From the IMG/VR virus record IMGVR_UViG_3300046477_000062, positions 1 through 54,547 of that record: 54,547 nt of DNA; one strand, written 5' to 3'. The DNA comes from a virus (taxonomy: Duplodnaviria > Heunggongvirae > Uroviricota > Caudoviricetes). Positions 1-10,311 of the stretch are shown here, piece by piece. A model generated the notes under the pieces. The model saw only the letters and a list, made by a program, of their open reading frames with translations, did no database searches and was not told the DNA's origin. The translations under genes and the position numbers were made by a program. Each line of letters starts with the position of its first letter. Position 1 is the stretch's first letter.

Positions 1-1284
1 CACGGTGTACATGAGTGGAACAAGGGTAGTATCCACATTGCCAACGGTTCGAAGGTGACGGCTGCTGCTACCTCTGCGTCTGCTGCGCGGGGTGGTTCTA
101 TTTCGTTCGTCTACCTTGACGAGTACGCCTTCGTTGCGCCGAATATCGCTGAAGAATTCTTCGCCTCTGTGTTCCCTACGCTGTCATCGGGTAAGTCAAC
201 AAAGATTTGTATCACGTCTACGCCGATTGGTTACAACGCGTACTGGAAGATTTGGGACGAAGCCGAGAAAGGTGTCAACGGTTTCAAGACCTTCACAGCG
301 AACTATTGGGACCGCACTGGTTACGATGATGAATGGGCTGCTGAACAGAAGCGTGTTCTGGGTCCGCTGAAGTTCCGTCAGGAAGTTCTCTGTGCGTTCC
401 TTGGATCGAGCAATACGCTGATCGCGGGCGAAGTGATTGCCAAGATGACCCCGATTGATCCTGAGTACACCAAGGACGGTCTGGATGTCTTCGAGAAGCC
501 TCAGAAGGGTCATACCTATGTGGCTATCGTGGATACGTCACGCGGCGTTGAGGGTGACAGTTCGGTCATCTCCATGATCGACATCACGGCGACACCGTAC
601 CGACTGGTTGCCAAGTATCGTTCCAATACGATTCACCCGATGTTGCTCCCATCTGTGGTCCACAAGATTGCTACGGACTACAACGAAGCTTTCGTGCTGA
701 ACGAAATCAATGACAACGGTCAGTCTGTCTCTGACACGCTGCAACATGAAATCGAGTACGAGAACTTGCTGTGGATCAGTAAGGCCAAGGGTGGACAGAC
801 TGTTTCCTCTGGGTTCGGTGGTGGTGCGTCACAGTCGGGCGTGCGGACGGACAAGCTGGTCAAACGTGTGGGTTGTTCTACCCTGAAGACATTGGTCGAA
901 GAAAACCAACTGATTGTTTACGACCGCCAATACATTCAGGAGTTCTCAACGTTTACGGAAATCAAGGGAAGCTTCAAGGCGGATGCTGGTTATCACGATG
1001 ACTGTGTGATGACGCTGGTCCTCTTTGCATGGCTGACCAAACAACCGTACTTCAAGGAACTCACGAACGTCAACCTGCGAACCACGATCTATCAGGAACG
1101 CATTGAAGCCATCCAGAATCAGCTGACACCGTTCGGCTACACCAACGGCATTGACGAGAACAAACCTCAGTACGTGGTGGAAGATCGCGATGCTTGGATG
1201 GTTGAGGAAATCGACCGCGAGAAGAACTGGTTGGCAACAAACATCCTTGGTCTTCCCGAATGGGGCGCGTTCCACGGTCGGTAA
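1..1284 (+). CDS. gp17: Terminase large subunit, C-terminal part (ORF open at window start)
   Basis: Frame 1 is open from base 1 (HGVHEWNKGSIHIANGSKV). Walker B YLDEYAF, KFRQE and RNase H-like nuclease motifs VDTSRG / GYHDDCVMTL; lies upstream of the tail sheath gene as in T4. Confidence 0.96.
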   Translation, partial: HGVHEWNKGSIHIANGSKVTAAATSASAARGGSISFVYLDEYAFVAPNIAEEFFASVFPTLSSGKSTKICITSTPIGYNAYWKIWDEAEKGVNGFKTFTANYWDRTGYDDEWAAEQKRVLGPLKFRQEVLCAFLGSSNTLIAGEVIAKMTPIDPEYTKDGLDVFEKPQKGHTYVAIVDTSRGVEGDSSVISMIDITATPYRLVAKYRSNTIHPMLLPSVVHKIATDYNEAFVLNEINDNGQSVSDTLQHEIEYENLLWISKAKGGQTVSSGFGGGASQSGVRTDKLVKRVGCSTLKTLVEENQLIVYDRQYIQEFSTFTEIKGSFKADAGYHDDCVMTLVLFAWLTKQPYFKELTNVNLRTTIYQERIEAIQNQLTPFGYTNGIDENKPQYVVEDRDAWMVEEIDREKNWLATNILGLPEWGAFHGR

Positions 1285-1315
1285 ATATAGGCCGTTTCTG
1301 AAGAACCCGTTTTAG

Positions 1316-1322
1316 CTAAATA
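1316..1322 (+). promoter_or_regulatory. T4-type late promoter (CTAAATA)
   Basis: TATAAATA-like box upstream of gp18; the same (C/A)TAAATA box precedes gp19, gp22, gp23, gp3 and the ART operon. Confidence 0.7.
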
Positions 1323-1398
1323 GTACTGTCAAACAAAAGCTACAGACCGATGTGCCTGAGTTTGGCACATCCAACAAATTCTTTAGGAGTAACAACTA

Positions 1399-3279
1399 AT
1401 GTTTATGCTCTCACCCGGCGTGAATGTACAAGAGTACGACGCCACTGCCTCAGTCCCGTCCGTCGCGACGACTACGGGCGGTTTTGCGGGAACCTTCCAA
1501 TGGGGTCCGGTGGAACATATCTACACGACCGACAGCGAAGCCACACTGGTTTCTGTCTTCGGTAAGCCGAACAACGACACGGCTACATCGTTTTTCACGG
1601 CTGCAAACTTCCTCGCCTATGCGAATAACCTGCAAGTTGTGCGTGTGGTTGGACAAGCGGCCAAGAACGCTGTTGCTTCTGGCACTGCCCTTCTGATCAA
1701 GAACGAAGACGAATACAACGCTGAACGCCTGAGCGGTTCGAATGGTGTTGGTATCGTGGCTGCGAAATATCCGGGCGTTCTGGGTAACTCGATCAAGGTT
1801 TCTATCGCTGACAGTCGCACCTACTCACAAAACCTGTCGGGTTCCGTGACTTCGGATACTTCGGCTACGGTGACGGGTACGGGTACGAACTTTCTGACTA
1901 GCGTGGTGGCCGGTTCGCGTCTCTATACGTCTGCTGGCAAGCTGATTGGTCAAGTCGCACAGATCACATCCGACACGTCGCTGAACCTGACGGCTGCGGC
2001 TGCACAAGTCGTGACGGCTGCTACGGTGCGTGCTGATTGGGAATTCAAGTCGCAGTTCTCGGGCGCTCCGAATACTTCGGACTTCGTATCGAATGTGTCG
2101 GGTCAAAACGATGAAGTGCATGTCGTGGTCATCGACGCAACGGGTGTCTTCTCTGGCACGCCGAACACGGTTCTCGAAACGTATGCCTTCGTGTCAGTCG
2201 CTTCGGATGCAAAGAAGGACGATGGTTCGACCAACTATTACAAGACGCTTCTGAATACGGCATCGGCCTACGTGTGGTGGATGGATCACCCGACTGATGG
2301 TACGAATTGGGGTTCGACGGCTGCGGCCACGAACTTTGCCCGTCTCCTGAAGCCGCAAACCGTGACGCTGATTGGTGGTGTCTCGGATGATGTGCTGACC
2401 GACCAAAGCGCGACCACTGGCTTCGCGATGTTCGAAAACGCGGAACTGGTTGATGTCTCGCTGATCCCGACTGGTGCAGCTTCGCAAACCGTGGCTGACT
2501 ATGTGATCGACAACATCGCGAATACCCGTCTGGACTGTGTGGCCTTCGTCTCGCCTACGCTTGATGCAGTGCTGAACAACAAGGGTAGCGAAGCGGATGA
2601 CATCATCTCGCAACGCGGTGCGCTTCCTTCGACATCCTACGCAGTGATGGATTCGGGCTGGAAATACCAGTACGACCGTTACAACGATGTGTACCGTTGG
2701 ATTCCGCTGAATGGTGACATCGCTGGCCTGTGCGCACGTACTGACCAGACGAACGATCCGTGGTGGTCCCCGGCTGGTTTCAACCGTGGTCAGATCAAGA
2801 ACGTGATCAAGCTGGCGTACTCGCCGGGTCAAACTGATCGCGACCGTCTGTATCCGCAAGGTATCAACCCGGTTGTGACGTTCAAGGGCCAAGGCACGGT
2901 GCTGTATGGCGACAAGACGATGTTGGCAAAGCCGTCTTCGTTCGACCGCATCAATGTGCGCCGCCTGTTCATCACGTTGGAAAAAGCGATTGCTACGGCA
3001 TCGAAGTACCAACTGTTTGAATTCAACGATCCGTTCACGCGTGCTCAGTTCAAGTCGTTCGTTGAACCGTACCTGCGCGATGTGCAAGGTCGTCGTGGTA
3101 TCAGCGACTTCTTGGTTGTTTGTGACGACACGAACAACACGGCAGAAGTGATCGATGGCAACCGCTTCAAGGCCGCGATCTACATCAAGCCCGCACGCAG
3201 CATCAACTTTATCGAACTGCAATTCATTAGCACTCCTACTGGTGCGCAGTTCTCCGAAGTGGTCGGTATCGCTGGCTAA
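1399..3279 (+). CDS. gp18: Contractile tail sheath protein
   Basis: LSPGVNVQEYD N-terminus, FQWGP, WWSPAGFNRG, RINVRRLF, FEFNDPFTR, IKPARSINFI; RBS TAGGAG. Confidence 0.97.
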   Translation: MFMLSPGVNVQEYDATASVPSVATTTGGFAGTFQWGPVEHIYTTDSEATLVSVFGKPNNDTATSFFTAANFLAYANNLQVVRVVGQAAKNAVASGTALLIKNEDEYNAERLSGSNGVGIVAAKYPGVLGNSIKVSIADSRTYSQNLSGSVTSDTSATVTGTGTNFLTSVVAGSRLYTSAGKLIGQVAQITSDTSLNLTAAAAQVVTAATVRADWEFKSQFSGAPNTSDFVSNVSGQNDEVHVVVIDATGVFSGTPNTVLETYAFVSVASDAKKDDGSTNYYKTLLNTASAYVWWMDHPTDGTNWGSTAAATNFARLLKPQTVTLIGGVSDDVLTDQSATTGFAMFENAELVDVSLIPTGAASQTVADYVIDNIANTRLDCVAFVSPTLDAVLNNKGSEADDIISQRGALPSTSYAVMDSGWKYQYDRYNDVYRWIPLNGDIAGLCARTDQTNDPWWSPAGFNRGQIKNVIKLAYSPGQTDRDRLYPQGINPVVTFKGQGTVLYGDKTMLAKPSSFDRINVRRLFITLEKAIATASKYQLFEFNDPFTRAQFKSFVEPYLRDVQGRRGISDFLVVCDDTNNTAEVIDGNRFKAAIYIKPARSINFIELQFISTPTGAQFSEVVGIAG

Positions 3280-3288
3280 TGTGTAAAC

Positions 3289-3314
3289 AAGGGGAGACAC
3301 GTTCTCCCCTTTTG
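3289..3314 (+). terminator. Intrinsic terminator after gp18
   Basis: AAGGGGAGA/TCTCCCCTT stem followed by a T-run. Confidence 0.7.
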
Positions 3315-3323
3315 CTTGACATC

Positions 3324-3330
3324 CTAAATA
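3324..3330 (+). promoter_or_regulatory. Late promoter for gp19
   Basis: CTAAATA about 30 nt upstream of the gp19 start. Confidence 0.7.
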
Positions 3331-3361
3331 TTACCAAATACCCAATTCGGAGTCTAAAACA

Positions 3362-3931
3362 ATGGCTGATACAGTCTACTTCAATGTCGATCAGTTCAAG
3401 TCGCAACTGGCTGGTGGTGGTGCTCGCCCGAACCAGTTCTTCGTGCAACTGACGTTCCCTACTTCAGTGACGCTCGCGCCGCTGGCTATTCAGTCGTCAC
3501 CGTTCCTTGTGACGGCGGCTTCGATGCCGGGTTCTATCGTCAATGAAACCCAAGTCTATTACCGTGGCCGTGCAGTGAAGCTGGCCGGTGAACGCACGTT
3601 CCAAGATTGGTCCGTGGTAGTTCTCAATGACAACAACTTCACGATCCGCAACGCGCTGGAAGATTGGTCGAACAAGATGAACGACCTTCAGAACAACAGC
3701 GGCGAACTTAGCCCGTCGAAGTACACGGCTGACATGCTGGTCACGCAGTTGAACCGTAACAACCAACCCCTGAAGACGTACCAGATTCGCAGTGCATGGC
3801 CGACCAATGTGTCGGAAGTGAACCTCGACTTCGGTGCAAACGACCAGATTTCGACGTTCAACGTGACGTTCGCATATCAGGACTTCAAGACCACGATGAC
3901 ACCGCTGGCAGGTATCGTTTCGGGCGGCTAA
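3362..3931 (+). CDS. gp19: Tail tube protein
   Basis: GGGARPNQF, YRGRAVKLAGERTFQDW, AWPTNVSEVNLD, FNVTFAY motifs. Confidence 0.96.
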   Translation: MADTVYFNVDQFKSQLAGGGARPNQFFVQLTFPTSVTLAPLAIQSSPFLVTAASMPGSIVNETQVYYRGRAVKLAGERTFQDWSVVVLNDNNFTIRNALEDWSNKMNDLQNNSGELSPSKYTADMLVTQLNRNNQPLKTYQIRSAWPTNVSEVNLDFGANDQISTFNVTFAYQDFKTTMTPLAGIVSGG

Positions 3932-3936
3932 TAATT

Positions 3937-5598
3937 ATGGAAATCTTCGGCTTCCAATTTGGGGGCAGGAAGGGTAAAGGACTTCAGCAACAAGCTGAAC
4001 AAAAGCTGCCGTCCTTTGCTGCGCCTGTTGACGACGATGGTGCTGCGACCGTATCCAATACGGTCGGGCACTATGGCACATTCATTGATCTGGATGGCGC
4101 TGCTAAGACTGAATCAGAACTGATTTCACGTTATCGCGAGACGGCGAAGTACCCTGACTGCGACACAGCAATTGAGGAAATCTGCTCAGAGGCAATCGCT
4201 ACAGAGGATGACGAAGAAGTCGTCAAGCTGAATCTGGAAGACGTGCCGTTGTCCAAGAACGTGAAGAACATTATCGAAGAAGAATTCGATGAACTTCTGA
4301 ACCTCTTGGACTTCGACAGCCGTGCTCATGACATCTTCCGTCGATACTATGTCGATGGTCGCATGTACTATCACAAGCTGTTCGATCAGAAGAATCCGGG
4401 TGCAGGTATCCAAGAACTGCGCTACATCGACCCCCGCAAGATCAAAAAGGTTCGTGAAGTAGAGAAGAAGAAAGACGAAGTGACCGGTGTGGAAATCTAC
4501 ACCAAGGTTCTTGAATACTTCGTGTTCTCTGATTCTGGCTTTGCGAAAACACAGGGCTATACGGCCCCGAACAATACAGCAATCGGCGTGAAGATTGCGC
4601 CTGAAGCTATCTCATATGTTACGTCTGGTCTGATTGACTTGGATCGTAACTTGGTCGTTGGACACTTGGACAAGGCCATCAAGCCGACGAACATGCTTCG
4701 TATGGCTGAAGACTCGATGCTGATTTACCGTATGGCACGCGCGCCGGAACGCCGTGTGTTCTACGTTGATACCGGCAACCTTCCCACTGCGAAGGCTGAA
4801 CAGTATCTTAAATCGGTCATGGACAAGTTCAAGACCAAGATCGTCTATGACGCTTCGACGGGTGAAATGCGGGATGACCGCAAGCACATGTCGATGATGG
4901 AAGACTTCTGGCTTCCGCGTCGTGAAGGCGGTAATGGTACTCAGGTTGATACGCTGGAAGGCGCACAGAACCTTGGCGTGACGCAGGACGTGGAGTATTA
5001 CCAGTCCAAGCTGTACAACGCTCTGAACGTGCCTACTTCGCGTCTGAAGGGTGATAACCCGATGAACTTCGGTCGTCAGATGGAAGTGACGCGGGACGAA
5101 CTGAAGTTCGCTAAGTTCATCTCTCGTATCCGTCGCAAGTTTACCGAACTGTTTGATGATCTTCTGAAGACGCAGCTTGTCTTGAAAGGCGTGATCACCC
5201 CGGATGATTGGGAATCGATCCTCAAGCCCAAGATCAAGTACGTCTTTGCTTCGGACATCTATTGGGCTGAAGCAAAAGAGATCGAGAACCTTCGCAATCG
5301 CGTCGAAATCCTGACTGAGCTTGATCCGTACATCGGCGTCTACTACAGCAAGAATTGGGTTCGTAAGAACGTGCTGAAGATGACGGATGACGACATCGAT
5401 CAGAATCAGAAGGAAATCGAATCGGAACGTGACGAGATGGCGGCTGACGCTGAATTCAAGGGTCAACTGGCTGCTGCACAAGAGATGCCACTGGTACAAG
5501 GCCAAGCCGAAGTCCAGATGGATAGCGAGATGCAGATGATGAAGGCACAGACGGCACTCATGCCGCCTCAACCGGCTGCTAACTCCAAGAAAAAGTAA
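3937..5598 (+). CDS. gp20: Portal vertex protein
   Basis: Start at ATG 3937 (MEIFGFQF); ELRYIDPRKI, IYRMARAPERRVFYVDTGNLP, EDFWLPRREGG, RDELKFAKF. Confidence 0.97.
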   Translation: MEIFGFQFGGRKGKGLQQQAEQKLPSFAAPVDDDGAATVSNTVGHYGTFIDLDGAAKTESELISRYRETAKYPDCDTAIEEICSEAIATEDDEEVVKLNLEDVPLSKNVKNIIEEEFDELLNLLDFDSRAHDIFRRYYVDGRMYYHKLFDQKNPGAGIQELRYIDPRKIKKVREVEKKKDEVTGVEIYTKVLEYFVFSDSGFAKTQGYTAPNNTAIGVKIAPEAISYVTSGLIDLDRNLVVGHLDKAIKPTNMLRMAEDSMLIYRMARAPERRVFYVDTGNLPTAKAEQYLKSVMDKFKTKIVYDASTGEMRDDRKHMSMMEDFWLPRREGGNGTQVDTLEGAQNLGVTQDVEYYQSKLYNALNVPTSRLKGDNPMNFGRQMEVTRDELKFAKFISRIRRKFTELFDDLLKTQLVLKGVITPDDWESILKPKIKYVFASDIYWAEAKEIENLRNRVEILTELDPYIGVYYSKNWVRKNVLKMTDDDIDQNQKEIESERDEMAADAEFKGQLAAAQEMPLVQGQAEVQMDSEMQMMKAQTALMPPQPAANSKKK

Positions 5599-5648
5599 CC
5601 ACATCCCGATCAGGGTAAATATCTGATCGGGAATACCAAGGACTACAT

Positions 5649-6071
5649 ATGGAACTCATTCAACTCACTGAAGCGGAACTTGCTCAATTCGATGAAGCAT
5701 TTCTGACTGAAATTCAAGGCTACATCAAGCACGGCGAAGATGTCATTGCAACCAATGGTTCGTACTTCAAGGTTGGTACGAAGAAGAACGATCAGGGTAA
5801 ATATGACGAAAAATCGGCTGCGGTGTTCGACAATCTTGACCATGCTAAGGCATTCATTGATGGCGGCAAGAAAGGCCCACACAAGACCGTGGCTGGCTAT
5901 ACCTGTCATCCGGGCAAGGTTCAGGAATCATTCATTGACCTGATCCGTTCGGACAAGGCCGCTGCTGGCGAAATGTTCAAGCAGATGATGGCAGAGAAGG
6001 TTCAAGCTGCACTCGGCGCACGTCGCATCGAACTTGCACAAACGCTCTACTCTCGCGTGAAGGGTGAGTAA
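5649..6071 (+). CDS. Prohead core protein, gp67-like C-terminus with N-terminal extension
   Basis: Position between gp20 and gp21; C-terminal FKQMMAEKVQAALGARRIELAQTLY resembles gp67; LTE-type cleavage motifs. Confidence 0.6.
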   Translation: MELIQLTEAELAQFDEAFLTEIQGYIKHGEDVIATNGSYFKVGTKKNDQGKYDEKSAAVFDNLDHAKAFIDGGKKGPHKTVAGYTCHPGKVQESFIDLIRSDKAAAGEMFKQMMAEKVQAALGARRIELAQTLYSRVKGE

Positions 6072-6667
6072 TGGACTTCGCTCAATTCCGCGCACAAAAT
6101 GCGGCGCAAGCGCCCAAACAGCCGGATGAACCGAAGAAGTTCGATGGACTTACTGGTGAAGTCAACAGTAATCCAGAAGCAGAAAAGGAACACCAGAACA
6201 AAGACCTTCTGAAAATGAAGGGTGATTCTGTCTGGGTTCCGAAGCTTCCCAAGGTTCCCGGTCTGAGTGAAGGTCGCAAGACCCATCACAAGGTGAAGAT
6301 TCACTTCGGTAACGGCAAGTCGGAAATCCGTATGGTTGATGATGACGAACTTGGCGCTCTGCGTCGTTCGAACCATATCACCAAGGTCTTCAATATCGCA
6401 GAGATGAAAGACGGTGTTGAGTTCCCGTATGAAGTCCCTGAACTGTTCGAAGACGCTTGTGCCGCACAAGATAAGCACACGACGCACTTCAAGCATAAAG
6501 ACGGTAGCACGGCATACATGATGACCCACAAGTATCGCGATCCGTCGCTTGGCGAAGATCACTACGTCCACTTTTCGAAGGGTCGTGGTGCGGTCTACTC
6601 CAACGACGAAGGCAAGGCCAAGGGTCTGAAGCTTCTGAAGCGTCTCGGCTACAAATCAAAGGAATAA
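6071..6667 (+). CDS. Hypothetical head-associated protein (gp68 position)
   Basis: Coupled to neighbouring genes; contains LSE/LFE gp21-type cleavage motifs; no recognisable domain. Confidence 0.55.
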   Translation: MDFAQFRAQNAAQAPKQPDEPKKFDGLTGEVNSNPEAEKEHQNKDLLKMKGDSVWVPKLPKVPGLSEGRKTHHKVKIHFGNGKSEIRMVDDDELGALRRSNHITKVFNIAEMKDGVEFPYEVPELFEDACAAQDKHTTHFKHKDGSTAYMMTHKYRDPSLGEDHYVHFSKGRGAVYSNDEGKAKGLKLLKRLGYKSKE

Positions 6668-6670
6668 TCC

Positions 6671-7057
6671 ATGACTGCTCTCGTTCAAACAGTACTCAAA
6701 AATACCCGCACCGAGACGGTCGTGAAGATCACCGGTACGGGTACGGCGAGCATTACCCTCGCCTCTCTCGCATTGCCGGATGATGTGTACACAGCTTCGA
6801 AGGCATCGGTCGAAATCCGCAAGGTCTGGATTTCTGCACCGCCGACACAGTTGACTACGGTCACTCGCAATTCAGTAGCAGTCCTTCAGGCATATGGTCA
6901 AGCCGACACGAACTTCGAAGACGTGAAGCTGAATGACCAAGCATCTAAAGACTTGTCGGTCGTGACGGCTGGTGACGGCACTGTGATCCTCTGGCTGCGT
7001 AAGTCGGGTGGATATGACTGGCCGTATCGTTCAACCGCTCTCACGGTAGGTGCATAA
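6671..7057 (+). CDS. Hypothetical structural protein upstream of the prohead protease
   Basis: Beta-rich 128 aa ORF (TETVVKITG) in the head operon. Confidence 0.65.
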   Translation: MTALVQTVLKNTRTETVVKITGTGTASITLASLALPDDVYTASKASVEIRKVWISAPPTQLTTVTRNSVAVLQAYGQADTNFEDVKLNDQASKDLSVVTAGDGTVILWLRKSGGYDWPYRSTALTVGA

Positions 7058-7059
7058 AT

Positions 7060-7713
7060 ATGAAACTGATTACGGAACTCTACGATGAAGTCGAAATGCT
7101 GACGGAAGGTACTGGCGCTGATAAGCAACTGTACATCCAAGGCATCTTCGCACAATCGAACATCGTGAACCGCAATAAGCGGAACTATCCGAAAGCACAT
7201 ATGGAATCGGCGGTTGATAAGTACGTCGAAAACTATGTGTCAAAGAATCGTGCCCTTGGTGAACTGAATCACCCGCAACGCATGACGGTTGACCCGGAAC
7301 GTGCGTGCATGTTGATCACAGAACTCAAGTGGGACAAGAACAACGTCATGGGTAAGGCAAAAATCCTGTCCGAAGGCGTTGGTAAGGTGGTACGTGGCCT
7401 GATTCTCGATGGGGTAAATATTGGTGTGTCAACACGCGGCGGCGCTTCTGTGTCCTTGCGTGAAGGCGTTACTTATGTTGGACCTGATCTGACTTTCTCG
7501 GCCATTGATGTCGTTACCGATCCAAGCGGTCCTGACTGCTTCGTGAACGGCATCATGGAAGGCGTTGAGTGGATTTGTGAGTCTGGTGTTTGGAAGATGG
7601 AAAAGATCGAACAAGCACGCGAGACGATCATCGAAACTCCCGCTGCGAAGCTGCCACAGATGTCAATTGAACTGTGGGAAAGCTTCCTCGGAAAGCTTCA
7701 ACACATCAAGTAA
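7060..7713 (+). CDS. gp21: Prohead protease
   Basis: MKLITE, LYIQGIFAQ, NRNKRNYP, ALGELNHP, GVSTRG, DVVTDPS. Confidence 0.96.
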   Translation: MKLITELYDEVEMLTEGTGADKQLYIQGIFAQSNIVNRNKRNYPKAHMESAVDKYVENYVSKNRALGELNHPQRMTVDPERACMLITELKWDKNNVMGKAKILSEGVGKVVRGLILDGVNIGVSTRGGASVSLREGVTYVGPDLTFSAIDVVTDPSGPDCFVNGIMEGVEWICESGVWKMEKIEQARETIIETPAAKLPQMSIELWESFLGKLQHIK

Positions 7714-7779
7714 TCTCAAAATTTTGCTTTTACTAAATATATCTTGTAATCGGTAAAAGCCATACCCAAAGGATACAGA

Positions 7780-8748
7780 ATGTCACTGGAAAAGAAGATT
7801 CAGTCGTTGCTCGAACGTGCAACGCTGCCGATCAGCAACATGGATAACGGCGACAAAGCGCCGATCCCCGCTGGTTCGTCACAAACCGCTGAGTATAGCG
7901 AACTGTCGAAAGACATCAAGGGCGATGAAGCGGCTGCACCGGTTGCTCCCGCTGAAGCACAAGCTAACCTCGGTCTGAAGGGCGACCCCACGAAGGTCCA
8001 GACGCAAGCCCAAAAGGACGCAAACGAATCGGTCGATCTGTCGGCCCTGTTTGCTGGCGTTGAAGGTCTGGAAGAAGGCTTCGTTGAAAAGGCTACTGGC
8101 CTGTTTGAAGCTGTCGTCGTTGCTCGCGTCAATGGCGAAGTCGAGAAGGCAGTTGCGGCACTGGCTGAACAAGCTGAAGCTGAACTGAAGGTCACGAAGT
8201 CGAAGCTTGAAGAAGATGTCAATGCTTACCTGTCGTATGTCGTTGAATCGTGGATGAAGGATAACCAACTGTCAGTTGACGCTGGCCTTCGTACCGAAAT
8301 CGCTGAATCGTTCATGGTCGGCCTCAAAGACCTGTTCGTTGAAAATTTCATCGAAGTCCCGGAAGACAAGGTTCAAGTCGTTGAATCGCTGTCACAGGAA
8401 GTCGAATCAACCAAATCGCGTCTGAATGAAGAAATCGAGAAGTCGATTGCTCTGTCGGACAAGATCGTCAAGCTTGAAAAAGCGGCTGTTCTGGAACAAG
8501 CGGCTAAGGGTCTGGCAGTAACGGACGCTGAACGCCTTTCCCGTCTGGTCGAAGGTGTTGAGTTTGACAACCAAGAAGCCTTTGCAGAGAAGGTTGCAGT
8601 CATCAAGGAAGCACACTTCAAGGCACAACCTAAGAAGTCTGCTGAGACGCTTCTGGCAGAGCAAGCCGGTCAAGGCAACGAAACGAAGGAAGTATCAGCC
8701 CAAGTTTCGCGCTATGTGTCCGCTCTCAATCGTAATTCCAAGTTCTAA
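7780..8748 (+). CDS. gp22: Prohead core scaffold protein
   Basis: Acidic coiled coil; YLSYVVESW, GLRTEIAESFMVGLKDLFVENFIEVPEDK; sits between gp21 and gp23. Confidence 0.93.
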   Translation: MSLEKKIQSLLERATLPISNMDNGDKAPIPAGSSQTAEYSELSKDIKGDEAAAPVAPAEAQANLGLKGDPTKVQTQAQKDANESVDLSALFAGVEGLEEGFVEKATGLFEAVVVARVNGEVEKAVAALAEQAEAELKVTKSKLEEDVNAYLSYVVESWMKDNQLSVDAGLRTEIAESFMVGLKDLFVENFIEVPEDKVQVVESLSQEVESTKSRLNEEIEKSIALSDKIVKLEKAAVLEQAAKGLAVTDAERLSRLVEGVEFDNQEAFAEKVAVIKEAHFKAQPKKSAETLLAEQAGQGNETKEVSAQVSRYVSALNRNSKF

Positions 8749-8770
8749 GTATCTCTGAAGAAATCAGAAA

Positions 8771-8779
8771 TACTAAATA
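8771..8779 (+). promoter_or_regulatory. Late promoter for the major capsid gene
   Basis: TACTAAATA, also seen upstream of gp22; followed by RBS TAGGAG. Confidence 0.75.
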
Positions 8780-8814
8780 ACTAGGTAAAGCACAAATCCA
8801 TCTTAGGAGTACTA

Positions 8815-10143
8815 ATGTTTAATCTCTCTGAATCAGTCAGCGCGAAGTGGAACCCGGTTCTGGACGCTGAAGGCGTCGCACCGATCCGTGATGCACACAA
8901 GCGTGCTGTGGTCACGAAGCTTCTGGAAAACCAAGAACAGGACATGCTCAAAGAGCGCCAAGCCCTGTTCGAAGATGCACCTACGAACAACATCGGCGCT
9001 GGTTCCGATTCGAACGGTATTGCTAAGTTCGACCCGATCCTGATCAGCTTGGTTCGCCGCGCGATGCCGCAACTGATGGCTTATGACCTCTGTGGCGTGC
9101 AACCGATGTCGGGTCCGACTGGCCTGATCTTCGCGATGCGTTCGAACTACGGCACAGACCGTAACATGGCGACCCGCACGGAAGCGTTCGTCAACGAAGC
9201 AAACAGCGCATTCTCGGGCGGCGGTACGCAAGCTGGTACTAACCCGGCTGTTCTGAATGACGGCACTCCGGGCACGTACACACGCGGTACGGGTATCACG
9301 ACTGCGGCTGCTGAAGCACTCGGTACGTCTGGCGGCGGTACGTTCGGTGAAATGAACTTCACGATCGAAAAGACCACGGTGACTGCAAAGTCGCGTGCTC
9401 TGAAGGCTGAGTACACCATCGAACTCGCGCAAGACTTGAAGGCTGTCCACGGTCTTGACGCTGAAGGCGAACTGTCGAACATCCTTTCGCAAGAAATCAT
9501 GTTCGAACTGAATCGTGAAGTTATCCGCACGATTTACCAAGTGGCGAAGAAGGGTTCGCTGACGACCACGACTCCGGGCGTGTTCGACCTTGACGTTGAC
9601 GCGAATGGCCGCTGGTCGGTCGAACGCTTCAAGGGTCTTCTGTTCCAAATGGAACGTGACGCAAACGTCATTGCACAAGACACCCGTCGCGGCAAGGGCA
9701 ACTTCATCGTGTGTTCGGCTGACGTGGCTTCCGCTCTGGCGATGGCTGGCGTTCTCGACACCGGTCGTGCTCTGCAAGGCCAAGACGCTCTGCAAGTTGA
9801 CGACACTGGCAACACGTTTGCTGGCGTGCTCAACGGCAAGCTGAAGGTTTACATCGACCCGTATTCGGCAAACCTCGGTGCGTCGGAACAGTTCTACGTG
9901 GTTGGTTACAAGGGCGCGAATGCCTACGATGCTGGTCTGTTCTACGCACCGTACATCCCGCTGCAAATGATGCGTGCTGTTGATCCGCAAAGCTTCCAGC
10001 CGAAGATCGCGTTCAAGACGCGCTACGGCATGATCGCTAACCCGTTCGTGACCGGTTCTGACGGTCGTACCCCGGACGCGGACAACTTCACGGCTGGCCG
10101 TAACCAGTACTTCCGCCGTTCGCAAGTTCTGAACCTTATGTAA
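8815..10143 (+). CDS. gp23: Major capsid protein
   Basis: LISLVRRAMP, GVQPMSGPTGLIFAMR, SRALKAEYTIELAQDLKAVHGLDAE, FQPKIAFKTRYG. Confidence 0.98.
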   Translation: MFNLSESVSAKWNPVLDAEGVAPIRDAHKRAVVTKLLENQEQDMLKERQALFEDAPTNNIGAGSDSNGIAKFDPILISLVRRAMPQLMAYDLCGVQPMSGPTGLIFAMRSNYGTDRNMATRTEAFVNEANSAFSGGGTQAGTNPAVLNDGTPGTYTRGTGITTAAAEALGTSGGGTFGEMNFTIEKTTVTAKSRALKAEYTIELAQDLKAVHGLDAEGELSNILSQEIMFELNREVIRTIYQVAKKGSLTTTTPGVFDLDVDANGRWSVERFKGLLFQMERDANVIAQDTRRGKGNFIVCSADVASALAMAGVLDTGRALQGQDALQVDDTGNTFAGVLNGKLKVYIDPYSANLGASEQFYVVGYKGANAYDAGLFYAPYIPLQMMRAVDPQSFQPKIAFKTRYGMIANPFVTGSDGRTPDADNFTAGRNQYFRRSQVLNLM

Positions 10144-10148
10144 TCCTA

Positions 10149-10168
10149 AGAAGTCCTTCGGGACTTCT
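10149..10168 (+). terminator. UUCG hairpin after gp23
   Basis: AGAAGTCC-TTCG-GGACTTCT. Confidence 0.6.
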
Positions 10169-10221
10169 AAAGATTCACTGGTTTGAAAAGAATCAAAATA
10201 AGAAACACCTGTTGTGCTTTG

Positions 10222-10249
10222 GACCTCGCTTCGGCGGGGTCTTTTTATT
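10222..10249 (+). terminator. Intrinsic terminator of the head operon
   Basis: GACCTCGC-TTCG-GCGGGGTC followed by TTTTTATTT. Confidence 0.85.
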
Positions 10250-10254
10250 TGTGC

Positions 10255-10283
10255 TTGACAAACGTGATCGAGTGAGCTAATAT
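10255..10283 (+). promoter_or_regulatory. Sigma70-type early promoter
   Basis: TTGACA-17 bp-TAATAT upstream of ORF 10312. Confidence 0.65.
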
Positions 10284-10311
10284 TCCCACACTTGTTCAAC
10301 AGGAGAAGCAT

